Origin: Octopus bimaculoides
Taxonomy: Eukaryota
Reading direction: 5' to 3'
Length of the DNA stretch: 64,000 nt
Assembly (NCBI RefSeq): GCF_001194135.2
Contig: NC_068988.1
Coordinates: 27,300,748-27,364,747, forward strand
The translations under genes and the position numbers were made by a program. A model generated the notes under the pieces. That model searched no databases. It worked only from the letters and a program-made list of their open reading frames with translations, and was not told the DNA's origin. The number at the start of each line of letters is the position of its first letter. The stretch's first letter is position 1. Shown piece after piece: positions 24,593 to 37,261 of this stretch.

Positions 24593-26809
24593 CAGGGCTG
24601 ATTTTTAATTGCAGTTAATTGCAACATTGTCAGCAAACGTTTTTCATTCGACGTTCAATTGGCAAATACAACATTCTATTATTATTTGAGGTTTTGTGTT
24701 GACGCTCTGTACTGACAGCTGAGAATGATTCATACATTCTTTCATGTTTGGGAATTGGCTATTGTGTACGTTGTCAAATAATCGCTATCAAGTGATTCTT
24801 GTTTCTGACTGCCGAGAATGATTCACACATTCTGTCTTCAAGTCATTAAATCGTAACTTCACCTGCAACGCGGTTTTATCTTGAATTCCACTCCAATATA
24901 TTAACTGAATCAGACTTTCATCAGTGGAGTGGCGAAATAGCTTCTATTTTAGTCTGTAGCAAAATATCTTTTATCTTAAACTAACGCATGCCACATGAAA
25001 ACCACAAAATCGTTAGAAAATATTTCAACAAAACAGAAAGTGAACATATATGGAAAATGCAAGTGTGGAAATAGGTTGACCTAGCAAAATAAGAACTGGA
25101 CGGACAAATCTTATGAATCATAAAAAACCAGCATCCAGAGTTTCCTAATACACAAGCAACCGGGCAGCCATCTTCATTGGGTTTTCTTTCACCAAGAAAT
25201 AGTTTGGTCAGTTACTCAGTCTTAAATGTTTATGGTTGGATTGAGCGGGTATGTTTTGATTTAAAACCAATTTCATTTATTGAAGACCCACTGACTCGTG
25301 GAAGTATGACGAATGTGACCTTAAAGAAATACATGGAGAAACTTACTCAAGAAGTGGGAAAGAAAATATCTGATAAACTTCCAAGTAAATTTTCGTTGGT
25401 ATTTGACGGTTCGACTAAAGGTTCGACGCATTTCATTGGACTTTTTTTGCATCTTCTTCGTGCAATTATCAAAATGACTATTGTACTATTTTGCTGGCAT
25501 TTTCGCCAATGGTACATGAAACATCTTTCACTGCTTCCGATTATCTCGAATTTATAGAGAATGTGTTAAGTGTTTATAACAAAAAATTAGAAATTTAGCT
25601 CTTACCGGAGATAATACTGAAGTGAACAAATCTATGACGAATTTATGTAGAATAACATTGATTGGATGTGCCTCTCATAAATGCAATCTAGCTGTTTCTA
25701 ATTATCTCGACAAGCAAGAAGTTCTGCTTGATAAAATTAATACGTTGGTGGGCAAGCTAAAATCATTAAAATTTGCGGGTAAACTTGGAGAAAAAACGCC
25801 TTTGCAACATATGCAAAGAAATAAGACCTGTTGGTCCAATACATATGGCATGATTGAGAGGTACATCCAACTCAAGCCATTTTTAGACTTTTTTCAATGC
25901 GATCCAAAGCTGGTTGATTATCTGTTGTGTCTCCATGCGATCATAATGATCTGCAAACTCTAAAAGACAATTTAGGAAAGTTACGCTCAGTAACAGTCGC
26001 CTTGCAAAGAAGAGAAATAGATTTGGGAGATGCTCGAATTCTTTTGGACGAAATTCTCGCATTTCTATCTTTACGAGGTGTTTAAAAAATATTTGCTTCC
26101 ATCAGCAGCCATTGTGCACAGCCCAAATTTTGAAAGTGGAGTTTTTACAACACGCAGAAGCAGAGTTATCTGTGGATGAAGTGGCTGCTCTACATCACCT
26201 GAAAATGGTGACAGACACGTCACAACAGTCTGATTTACCTGTAGAAGATGATGATTTTGCTTCAATTTGTTTGAAAAAACACAAAAATGATCGAATTTCA
26301 CCTTAGCAATATCTGAATTGTAGATTTTTTCTAACATCGTGGAACGTTTCTTCAGCTCAGCAGACTACACTTTTAATGATTTTTGGCAATACTTAACACC
26401 AATGAATTTAGAAATGCAATTATTTCTAAAAGTCATTCGCGCTTTCTGGGATGAAGAACTAGTTTCAAAAATCTGCAATCGTTCATTACATTTTGCTATA
26501 TTAGAACATTNNNNNNNNNNNNNNNNNNNNNNNNNNNNNNNNNNNNNNNNNNNNNNNNNNNNNNNNNNNNNNNNNNNNNNNNNNNNNNNNNNNNNNNNNN
26601 NNNNNNNNNNNNNNNNNNNNNNNNNNNNNNNNNNNNNNNNNNNNNNNNNNNNNNNNNNNNNNNNNNNNNNNNNNNNGTGTTTTTACGTTCGGCAAAATAT
26701 TTGACAATTAATTGCAATGATTGATTGGCTTGTGTTCCAATTAAAATTAATGGATTACTAGGAAAATAATTGATTGGAAAGGTTCCAATCAATTATTTAC
26801 AACCCCCTG
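24593..26809 (+). mobile_element. Decayed hAT DNA transposon (BED finger, DDE and dimerisation motifs; multiple frameshifts)
   Basis: KCKCG..GRTNLMNH..QHP (25050-25140); VYGWIERV..KFSLVFDG; GCASHKCNLAV; RNKTCWSNTYGMIERY; ERFFS. Candidate CAGGG termini at 24593 and 26809; no 8-bp TSD found, so the ends are uncertain. Confidence 0.8.
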
Positions 26810-27130
26810 TCTCAGCACAACCGCCGGCCAATAACTGAAATAAGTATAAAAACTAAAACGAAAATTAACCAAGCTAAATAGGGAGCCATTGCGTTGTCAC
26901 TAGACCTACGAGGAATATTCCAAATGTCTGTAAAAAAAAAAAAAGAAAGACACAATTCCCTGCATCTAAAAAGAGGAGGGGTGAGAATAACGGTCGAAAT
27001 GCATTTGATTATAAATATATTTCAAGACATGGACAAGGGAAGTAATACGGCTGAAATAAGTTTACAAGAGTTTTTTCCCTTTGACCACAATTTTTTTTAC
27101 ATCATATAGCGTGTGTGTGTGTGTGTGTGT

Positions 27131-27166
<36 letters not shown>

Positions 27167-27324
27167 AATGCGTGTTAGAAATGGATAGGTTTGGGTGTGT
27201 GCTAGAAGCGGAGATGATTTCGGTAAATGAAGAATTTGTCTTCAACGGTACTTAATTCGTCTTTATTGTTCTGCTCCATGCCCCTACCCACTTATGTCTT
27301 CGCTAATTTTGGTTTTATAAAAAG

Positions 27325-27655
27325 ATCTTTCAAGCGTTGGGCCTCACGGAGGCAATGACGAAAGATCGAGACCTTTGGCATTATACCGGGCTTGAGAAGA
27401 AGACGCATCAAGCCGAGTAAAATCGTAGTCGTGGCAGATAATGGTGTCCCGCAAATGGCACCAGTGCCGGTGGCATGTAAAAGCACCATTACACTCTCGG
27501 AGTGGTTGGCATTAGGAAGGCCATCCAGCCGTAGATAACCATGCCAAAGCAGACTGCAGTCTGGTGCAGCCTTCCAGCTTGCCTGGTCAAACCGTCCAGC
27601 CCATGCCAGAATGGATAACGGGCGTTAAATGATGATGATGATGATGATGATGAAA
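27325..27655 (+). mobile_element. RTE-clade LINE 3' end (ORF2 C-terminus, 3' UTR, (GAT)n tail)
   Basis: KDLQALGLTEAMTKDRDLWHY..* followed directly by the family C tail and atgatgatgatg. Confidence 0.7.
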
Positions 27656-27747
27656 TTAAATAGTAATAAGCTTATTAAATACAATGCTCAGGTAGACTAC
27701 AACCCATCAAAAAGGGTAAAAAGGGGCAGAAAGCAGTAATATTATTA

Positions 27748-27779
<32 letters not shown>

Positions 27780-28463
27780 GCCTTTGCACAGCTTCTAACG
27801 CTGGAGATGTACTACAGTGTCAGCTCTTCACTACCAGTGAACTAAGGTAACACCTCTTATTTTTGGAGCACCTTCCGGAGTATTCAAATGGTTCCAAGCA
27901 GTGCTGTTTTCTGCAAGTTCTCCACCCATATTGCAGCCCCTATTTGTTCCACGTACTTCTCAAGAGTTCTTCTCAATGTTCCCAGAGCTCCGACAATTAT
28001 TGTTACTACTGCTATCTTTTCCATTGACCACAACTGCTTAACTTCCCAAGCTAACCAGTCATATCTCTCGCCTTTTCTTTCTTCCTTATCGCATACCTTG
28101 TTGTCAGCTGGGCATGCTATGTCTATGATCCAGCATAGTTTGTTTTCTTTCTCAGTTAAGACTATGTCTGGCGTTCTATTCTCTATCTCATGATCAAACT
28201 GAATCATGAAATCCCATAGGATCTTTGCATTTCTATTTTCGACGATGCTTTCAGGTTTATGTTCGTACCACTTTTTTGATCTATCAAGTCCATACTTGTT
28301 GCAAAGTGTCAATTGGACAATCTTTGCTATATTGTCGTCGCGTCTCTTATATTCCTTCTGGGCTAGTGGTGTACATTGGCTGGTAATATGCCATACGGTT
28401 TCACCATTTTGTCCACAGATTCTGCACTTATCACTTTCTGCTCTGTTGTCTATTCTGCATTTT
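27780..28463 (-). mobile_element. 5'-truncated R4/Dong-type non-LTR retrotransposon (CCHC knuckle plus restriction-like endonuclease) in (TAA)n
   Basis: CRICGQNGETVWHITSQC; RTPDIV..IIDIACPAD..KEERKGERY; VTIIVGALG; LQKTALLGT[TGA]ILRKVLQK*. About 77-nt 3' UTR; (TTA)n on both sides. Confidence 0.88.
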
Positions 28464-28482
28464 ATTATTATTATTATTATTA

Positions 28483-28517
<35 letters not shown>

Positions 28518-29414
28518 TTATAAGCATGAGATAGTGTGCTGGCAGAATCGTTAGCACACCAGACAAAGTTAGAGCATACTGTCTTTGTGTATTAAGTTCA
28601 AACCCTACAAACGCCAACCTTGTCCTTCGTCCTTTGGAGAAGTTTATCATCATTATCATTGTCTTTTAACGTCAGCATTCCATGCTAGCATGGGTTGGAC
28701 AGTTTGACTGAGGGCTGGCAAGCCAGGAGGTTGTACCAGGCTCCAATCTGATCTGGCAATGTTGTGGTGGTGATGGTGGCAGTGGTAGTGGTGGTGGTGG
28801 TAGTGGTGGTGGTGGTGAAGAGGAGTTGTATGATGATGATGATGTTGATAATGAGCCTCCTTCAACTCGTTTTAAGCTGCTATGTCGTCGTGATCAAACA
28901 CAGATACCCTGTAAAGTGGTGTCCCAGTTTCGACTCAGCAGCTCACCCAGAATGGGACAGATGGAAGAAGAGGAAGAGTAGCCATTATTCATTTTTCAAA
29001 AATGGAATACTCCACTCAAGAACATATTACACTGCCCAGCACAGGAATTGAACCAATGACCTTATGATCATGAGCTTAATATCCTAACCAAGAGGCTATG
29101 CACCTTGTACTAAGAATCTCTGAAACTTTTTAGACTATTTCATCTGAAAGAGCTTTCTTAAGACATTGTTTAAGGTAGAATTGTTAGCACATCAGACATA
29201 TTGCTTAGCAACATGTCTTTCAGTTCTTTACATCCTGAGTTCAAATTCTTCAAAGGTCAACTTTGCTTTTCATTCTTTTGGGTTTGATAAATAAATATCT
29301 GTCAACTACTGGGGCTGATACAATCACCTTGAGCCTCTCTCGTCAAAACTGCTGCCCTTGTGCCAAAATTACAGAGAGTTATTAAGACTTACATTACAAT
29401 CGACCTCAAGTTTG

Positions 29415-29445
<31 letters not shown>

Positions 29446-29610
29446 TATCATTTAACGTCTGTTTTCTATGCTGGCATGGGTTGGACAGTTTGACGGGAAC
29501 TGATAAGGCCAAGGGCTGCACCTGGTTCCATAGTCTGTTTTGGCTTCGTTTCTGCAGCTGGATGTAGAAGCCACTCCAATGCCAACCACTCTACAGAGTG
29601 TACTGGGTGT

Positions 29611-29759
29611 TTTTCATGTGGTACCATCACCAGTGCTTTTCATGTGCTACCATCACCAGTGCTTTTCATGTACTACCATCACCAGTGCTTTTCATGTGGT
29701 ACCATCACCTGTGCTTTCATGTGGTACCAGCATCAATGCTTTTTACATGGCACCATCAC
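29611..29759. repeat. 26-bp tandem repeat (about 5.8 units) inside an RTE-tail copy
   Basis: ttttcatgtggtaccatcaccagtgc repeated with variants. Confidence 0.85.
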
Positions 29760-29779
29760 TCACACCAATTCTTTTATAA

Positions 29780-29987
29780 CTCTTTAGCATTCAGAATACT
29801 CTGTCAAAAGTAAAGCTTTGTTTTGAATTAATCAGGCATTATCTTATAGTTTTGAAATTTAAATGATTTGATTGTTTATTTTTGGAACAACATTGTAATT
29901 TAGGCGTGAGAGGCTGAATCTGCCAATTTGAACATAAAACAAGTAGAAAATTTGGACCAGATGTGGCCAGTTTAAATGTTTAGAGGG
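29780..29987. mobile_element. piggyBac-type (TTAA) MITE, diverged
   Basis: Collinear with 35578-35801; ends gagggTTAA. Confidence 0.65.
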
Positions 29988-30859
29988 TTAAAACGACCCA
30001 GACTAACCCCACAACAGATGGCCAGAACATATTTTTAGGAATAGCAAAAACAAAACTTGAAAAAGTCATTAATAATGAAAATAACTGCTAATGAGAAAAC
30101 AGAAGCTATGTTGTCTAGTTGTCTGACTATCAAAGTGTGCCAAACCAAAACTATTTTCATAGGAGAAAATAGCCACTGTATCTTAACTGGTCATAATCAT
30201 AGTAAATGTAACTAGATTACTAAACTTTCCAAATAACATTTTGTGTGCTAAAATTTCTCAACTACTTCACCATTTACTGATATAAAAAGATATTAGTTTG
30301 AGAATTTGTGCAACGATTACAAATAAAACGAAAGTTATATATATATGTGTAAATATATATATATATATAACGGTTTTTTTTTTAAAATTAAATATCTTTT
30401 AAATAAATCTGATTAACAAAGAGATTATATTGAATAAAATAACCTCTAGTTATGATCCTCTGCTACATTACATTAGATTCAGCCAATGAAATCGTTGCAT
30501 GATTCTCAGCTAGACTGCCAAATAAACTCTTAAGAAATGCTGTGTAGTCTGATTAAAAACAACACGGAATATGTTGCCAGAAGCAGAATGGATGTTATTT
30601 TCTGGGTAGCAATAGAATAGTGAAGCTAGTTGTTGTGTAGTATTCACTAAATAATTTATATAAATTTCTTGATTTTGCCTTCTTCTTTTTTTGTTTTTGT
30701 TTTTTTTGTATATATATATAATTCACTGTCTGGTTAGTTTACTTTTCACTATGCATTAGTAACTCAGAAATATCAACAACAAACATGATTTTTCTAAATT
30801 TTATCTCCCATAGGCCAATACTGTGTTCACATGTCAGATAGTTCTCAAAAGGTCACATA

Positions 30860-31009
30860 AACAAACTGGGGTGTGTGCATGCATGCATGTTTGTATGTAT
30901 GTATGTATGCATGTATGTATGTGTGTGTGTATGCATGCAAGTTTGTATGCATGCATGCATGTATGCATGTATGTATGTACGTATGTATGTATGTACGCAT
31001 GTATGTGTG

Positions 31010-31043
<34 letters not shown>

Positions 31044-31202
31044 TATATACATATATATTAGTATACATTAGTATCTACATATTTATATATATATATATAG
31101 ATATATATATATATATATCTACATATATATATGTGTGTATATATATATATACACACACACACACATATATATATATAATTCTATGTATATACATATATAT
31201 AC

Positions 31203-31265
<63 letters not shown>

Positions 31266-31375
31266 CATAAATATCAGGAGTGAGGGCAAGAAAAAGAAAG
31301 TGAGTGGAAGAGAGATATCCCAGTTTCTTCATGTATACGTGTGTGTGTGTGTGTGTATGTGTGTACATACGTATG
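30860..31375. repeat. Compound microsatellite (ATGT/AT/AC/GT)
   Basis: Seen directly; source of several spurious ORFs. Confidence 0.95.
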
Positions 31376-32334
31376 TGTTTTGAAAGTGCGTGCATGCATC
31401 CAAATAAAAGAACCTGACTCAAAAAAAAGATATTTTCTTCAAACTCAAAATCTAGAACATGGGTGTTTTTCCATTGGACGAAATGAGTGAAAGTTTCTCG
31501 GTGGGGTGGGGTGGTGGTGGACAAGACTGAAGAAAGACTCAAGGGACAGGAGTAGAAAGACATTAAAAGCCACCACCATCCCCTCCGGCATTGAAGGAGA
31601 AAGAAAGAGGGAGAAAGTGAGTGGGTGAGGCGAAAGAAAAGGTAAAGGAGAGAGAGGAGGTGGGAAAGAGAGGGAGACAGAAACAGAGAGAAAGAGAGAG
31701 AGAGAGAGAGAGATTAAAGCTAATAATATGTTGAGGTATCTGGATTATTAGCTGGCTTTATAAGTATTAATGTGGCTTAAGGAGACTAACAGATGGTTAA
31801 TAATAATGTGAAGTGATGACATATCCAAGGTGGATGTGGACTGCTTATGTCCATTTTAGTTGTTTGCATGTATGGCTTTTGTTTAGATGTGTAAGACACC
31901 CATGTCAGACAACAGAATCAATGAGAGGCTTTTGGAATTCATTGGGTTGTCATTGCGGCGGCGGCGGCGGTGGTGGTGGTGGTGGTGGTGGGTAGTGGCA
32001 GTGGCAGCAGCAGCTGTGGCGGTGGTGGTGGCGGTGGCGGTGCTGGTGGTGGTTGTGGTGGTCATAGTTGTTATGATGTATTGTTTTTTGTTGTGGTTAT
32101 TGTCGTTTTGGCCCCAGGTCAACTCTGATCAAGCACATGTATCATTGTCGTCATATATACGACAGGCTTCTTTCAGTTTCAGTCTACCAAATCCACTCAC
32201 AAGGCTTTGGTCGGCCTGAGGTTATAGTAGAAGACACTTGCCCAAGGTGCCACACAGTAGGACTGAACCTGCAACCATGTGGTTCGTGAGCAAGTTTATT
32301 ACCACATAAACTATATATGCATGTATAATTAATG

Positions 32335-32740
32335 ATTTCAAATTTTGGCACAAAGCCAGCAAGTTTGGGAGAGGAGATAAGTTGCTTACATCGACCCCAG
32401 TGCATGACTGGTACTTATTTTATTGACACCCAAAAGGATGGAAAGCAAAGTTGACTTTAGTGCAATTTGAACTCAGAACATGAAGACAAAGTATTTTACT
32501 TGGTATGCTAATGTTTCTTATTTCTTTATTGCCCACAAGGGGCTAAACATAGAGGGGACAAACAAGGACAGACAAAGGGGTTAAGTCAATCACATCGACC
32601 CCAGTGCATAACTGGTACTTAACTTATCGACCCCGAAAGGATGAAAAGCAAAGTCAACCTCAGCGGAATTTGAACTCAGAACGTAAAGACAGATGAAATA
32701 CTGCTACGCATTTCGCCCGGCGTGCTAACAATTCTGCCAC
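32335..32740 (-). mobile_element. Two tandem OK-like SINEs (family B)
   Basis: Two successive acatcgaccccagtg..aaggatg..aaagtc/tgac..atttgaactcagaac blocks. Confidence 0.75.
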
Positions 32741-32744
32741 ACAC

Positions 32745-32910
32745 ACCTGGCACTCCAATGAGGGTTCCAGTTGATTCGATCAATGGAACAGCCTACTCAT
32801 GAAATTAACATGCATGTGGCTGAGTACTCCACAGACACATGTAGCCTTAATGTAGTTCTCTGGGAGATTCAGTGTGACACAGTGTGGCAAGATTGGCCCT
32901 TTGAAATACA
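32745..32910 (-). mobile_element. OR-like SINE 3' part
   Basis: Reverse complement of the 130-315 sequence. Confidence 0.7.
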
Positions 32911-33019
32911 GGTACTGCTTACTTTTCTGCCAGCTCGCCGCCTCTATACATGAATAAATATTACCTATCCATTAAAAGCACAAGTGGTTGAGCATTCCAC
33001 AGACTCACATACCTTGAAC

Positions 33020-33415
33020 ATAATTCTGCCAGAGCAGTGGTCTCGCTCCCATGCCGGTGGCACGTAAAAAGCACCATTTGAGCCCGATCATTTCCAGTTT
33101 CGCCTTACACTTGTGCCGGTGGCATGTGAACAAAACATTGGACTGACTCTTGGGCAGGTGGCGCATAAAAAACACCATTTGATCGTGGCCGTTGCCAGTA
33201 CTGCCAGACTGGCCCTCATGCCGGTGGCACGTAAAAAGCACCCACTACACTCTCGGAGTGGTTGGTGTTAAGAAGGGCATCCAGCTGTAGAAACTCTACC
33301 AGATCAGAATGGAGCCTGGTGTAGCCATCTGGTCCACCAGTCCTCAGTCAAATCGTCCAACCCATGCTAGCATGGAAAGCAGACGTTAAATGATGATGAT
33401 GATGATGATGATGAT
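33020..33415 (+). mobile_element. RTE-type tail (family C) with internal repeats of the tgccggtggcacgtaaaaagcacc block
   Basis: Four variants of the block at 33050-33245, then the tail ending (GAT)n. Confidence 0.8.
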
Positions 33416-33416
33416 A

Positions 33417-33570
33417 ACAGGTTTCTTTCAGTTTCCATCTACCAAATCCACTTACAAAGCTTTGGTCAGCCCGAGGCTATAGTAGAAGACACTTGCCCAA
33501 GGTGCCACGCAGTGGGACTGAACCCAGAACCATGTGGTTGGTAAGCAACCTACTTACCACACAGCCATGC
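33417..33570 (-). mobile_element. SINE family A, 5' half
   Basis: Reverse complement of the family A head and CORE-like block. Confidence 0.8.
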
Positions 33571-33918
33571 TCATATTAGATACACTCCTATTTCAGCAGT
33601 GCATATAAGGAAAAATAATTTTTTGTTTTTTGTATATTAATGCATGTAATATAAGCTTGACTATTAATGTAGGGCCAATGCATGTAGGAATGTACCCATG
33701 TTTGATGGCATAAATGATGCATGGTCATGTTAGATGCACCCCTATTTCATAAACGTATATTCAGGAAAAATAGTTTTTTAATGCATTATAGCATGTATTA
33801 TAGACCTAACACACAAAGGAATGTGCCACATTTGATAGAATAAAAGATGGATGAGTGTAATTGATGCACCCAAATTTCAAAAATGCATATTCAAGAAAAT
33901 TACTTTTTAATGCATTGA

Positions 33919-34080
33919 CCCCTAAGTATTAAGATTACCCTGTCAAATATAATGCTTGTTTATTCACATTGTGGTGACTATCTATTTTTAGAATGACATT
34001 GTAGGATAGATGTGAGAGGCCAGATCAGGCTGATATCATTGTAAAATGGGTAAAATATGGCTAGTTTAAATTTTAAAGGG
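33919..34080. mobile_element. piggyBac-type MITE, internally deleted
   Basis: Collinear with 35578-35801; ends aaagggTTAA. Confidence 0.6.
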
Positions 34081-34179
34081 TTAAAGCTTATGGGAAGCCC
34101 AACTTTGCAAATTGGGACCTAGAGTAGTTTTTTGAGACAGTTTATTTGAAAGAATGTATATTTTATATACAAAACACAT

Positions 34180-34400
34180 TTTCCCAATAAATATGGTATA
34201 TTTTTCCAGTTTTCATTGCCAGTTGTAACCTCACATTATGCGTCATTAATATTTTCCAGTGCTTTCATTATGTTGAAGTTATTCCAAAAGTTTGTAAGAT
34301 TAATTACATTTTCTCCTATTGTTTGCCTTTTTCAATTGTCTGGATAGACATTTTAGCCTTCTAAAAACACACAAAAACAGTTTAGTTTATTTCTCATTTA
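34180..34400 (-). mobile_element. Tigger/pogo DDE transposase remnant
   Basis: Minus frame ...GENVINLTNFWNNFNIMKALENINDA*, matching the FWK.FNI..A..NI..AW motif of pogo/Tigger transposases. Confidence 0.45.
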
Positions 34401-35510
34401 TTTACTGAAGCAAAAAGTAAATTGAAAAGCGAATTTAACAGTTTTCGCATGGGGGATGGGGCTGTTTTGATGGCTAAAATAGCTGCAGATAAGCAAAAAA
34501 AAAAAAAAAAAAAAAANNNNNNNNNNNNNNNNNNNNNNNNNNNNNNNNNNNNNNNNNNNNNNNNNNNNNNNNNNNNNNNNNNNNNNNNNNNNNNNNNNNN
34601 NNNNNNNNNNNNNNNNNNNNNNNNNNNNNNNNNNNNNNNNNNNNNNNNNNNNNNNNNNNNNNNNNNNNNNNNNNNNNNNNNNNNNNNNNNNNNNNNNNNN
34701 NNNNNNNNNNNNNNNNNNNNNNNNNNNNNNNNNNNNNNNNNNNNNNNNNNNNNNNNNNNNNNNNNNNNNNNNNNNNNNNNNNNNNNNNNNNNNNNNNNNN
34801 NNNNNNNNNNNNNNNNNNNNNNNNNNNNNNNNNNNNNNNNNNNNNNNNNNNNNNNNNNNNNNNNNNNNNNNNNNNNNNNNNNNNNNNNNNNNNNNNNNNN
34901 NNNNNNNNNNNNNNNNNNNNNNNNNNNNNNNNNNNNNNNNNNNNNNNNNNNNNNNNNNNNNNNNNNNNNNNNNNNNNNNNNNNNNNNNNNNNNNNNNNNN
35001 NNNNNNNNNNNNNNNNNNNNNNNNNNNNNNNNNNNNNNNNNNNNNNNNNNNNNNNNNNNNNNNNNNNNNNNNNNNNNNNNNNNNNNNNNNNNNNNNNNNN
35101 NNNNNNNNNNNNNNNNNNNNNNNNNNNNNNNNNNNNNNNNNNNNNNNNNNNNNNNNNATATACACACACACATGCACACATACACACACACACACACATA
35201 CATATGTATAATTAACCTATATGCAAATATTTACATCAGTTAAAAAAAAATATATCAACTGGGAGGGTAATAATTCACATTGATGTTATTGCAATGGAGC
35301 AATGAATGTTGTGCAGGTTAAAGTGGAAAGTAAGTTGTCAGCTGACAGCTGCACCGAACACCTTTTTTTACTGTTACTGACGACTGACCTTGGCCTCATA
35401 ACAGTACATATTGTTCCAATACATTCAGTGTCTACCTTAGACACAAGTCATTTCACTTGGGGAAAAAAAAAAATTGAACTCGCATCAGTTATTTCCTCAT
35501 CTCTGGTTAG

Positions 35511-35544
<34 letters not shown>

Positions 35545-35577
35545 ATATTCCCCCTCAACTAGAAATGTCTTACTTAA

Positions 35578-35801
35578 CCCTGTAGCGTTCAGATTACTCT
35601 GTTAAATACAATGCTTAATTAATTCAGACTATTTTGAATTAATTGTGCATTGTCTCTTGTTGCTTTGAGATTTTCATAGTGTGACTGTTTATTTTCAGGA
35701 TGACATTGTAGATTAGGTCTGAAAGGCTTGATCAGTCTAGTTTGAACAATAAAACAGGCAGAAGATTCCGACTGGATATGGCTGGTGTAAATGCTAAAGG
35801 G
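35578..35801. mobile_element. piggyBac-type MITE with TTAA TSD
   Basis: TTAA|CCCTGTAGCGTT ... AATGCTAAAGGG|TTAA. Confidence 0.8.
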
Positions 35802-36444
35802 TTAATAAAATGTTTTCTTCATTAATATATAACCTGTGGTTATGTCATGCTGATAATTTCTAAATAGGATGAAGTAGTGCCACTGATTACCCTAACCACT
35901 AAGCCATGCACCTCCACAGAGGCTGTGATTCCTAACCAGCAAAGAGATAAAAAAACATGGAATCAGGTGCAGACCACAGTTATTGGCAGGGTAGCATGGG
36001 GCGAGAGAGTAGAAGCCTTATGTGCTACCAAGCATGAAGTGGAAAAAAAGAAGAAAAGGTCATTGGCAATGCCTGCCTCCTGACTAAAATACCAAAAAGT
36101 AGATCTGAAATATTGTCTAAAATGGATAATATTTTAAGATTCAAATTTATAGATTTACAATGTCATTCAACTTTAGGACAGAAATAATTTTTGAATCAAT
36201 CTCCAAATAAAGATTTTGCAACCCAGCTTCTTTATTGATTTCCAATAAACTGGTAAGGAATATTTGCTGAACCCTTCAAGAGCAGAAGAGCTTTCTGATC
36301 AATAAATCATGGGTTTTGATTTTAAATCATCAGCAGTATTCCAATCCAATATAAAAGTGTTGCAACGTTTTTTCAAAGTTGCTAATAATAATTAGCAACT
36401 CTGAAAAAACGTTGCAGTTTTTCTTTTGGTTTGTACATTCATTA

Positions 36445-36830
36445 AGGTGCTCATTCTGCAACCACATGGTTTCAGGTTCAATCCCACTGCACTGCACCTT
36501 GGGAAAGTGTCTTTTACTATAGCTCTGGGTCAACCAATGCCTTGTAGGGGAATTTGGTAGACAGTGCAGGGCAGTGGGACTGAACCTGAAACCGTGTGTG
36601 TGTGTGTGTGTGCATGTGTTTGTGTTTATCCCTCACCACTGCTTGACAACCAGTGTTTGTGTTTTTATGTCCCTGTGACTTAACAGTTCAGCCAAAGAAA
36701 CCAACAGAATTAGTACCAGGCATAAAAAAGTAAAAATGAATACTGGGGTTGATTCATTCAATTAAATTCTTCAAAGTATTGCCCCAGAATGGTCACGGTC
36801 TAATGACTGAAACAAGTAAAAGATAAAAGA
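36445..36830 (+). mobile_element. SINE family A
   Basis: Head, internal (GT)n and tail collinear with other copies. Confidence 0.75.
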
Positions 36831-36849
36831 TTTTTTTTAAAAAAAGCCT

Positions 36850-36961
36850 TCATTTTTCACGATCAGTTGACTTTTAAAGAAATGAACTTCTAATTCCAAT
36901 CTTTGATCCGAACTGAAAAGAAAAAACGTTCAGTTTTAGTTGTCACGTTCCTATTTCTTGT
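36850..36961 (-). mobile_element. CR1/L2-like LINE ORF2 C-terminal remnant, interrupted by a SINE
   Basis: TRNRNVTTKTERFFFSVRIKDWN resembles the CR1-type FFS.RV..WN end motif. Confidence 0.4.
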
Positions 36962-37161
36962 TATACTCTTTACTCTTTTACTTGTTTCAGTCATTTGACT
37001 GTGGCCATGCTGGAGCACCGCCTTTAGTCGAGAAAATCGACCCCAGGACTTATTCTTTGTAAGCCTAGTACTTATTCTATCGATTTCTTTTTGCCGAACC
37101 GCTAAGTTACGGGGATGTAAACACACCAGCATCGGTTGTCAAGTGATGGGGGGGGGGACAA

Positions 37162-37202
<41 letters not shown>

Positions 37203-37261
37203 TACAACGAACTTCTTTCAGTTTCCGTCTACCAAACCCACTCACAAGGCTTTGGTCGGCC
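36962..37261 (-). mobile_element. SINE family A, young 5'-truncated copy
   Basis: Near-identical to the reverse complement of 1979-2232. Confidence 0.85.

Noticed and set aside
24585-26817. 8-bp TSD for the hAT element
   Set aside because: Flanks TCTAATTT and TCTCAGCA do not match, so the termini are unconfirmed.
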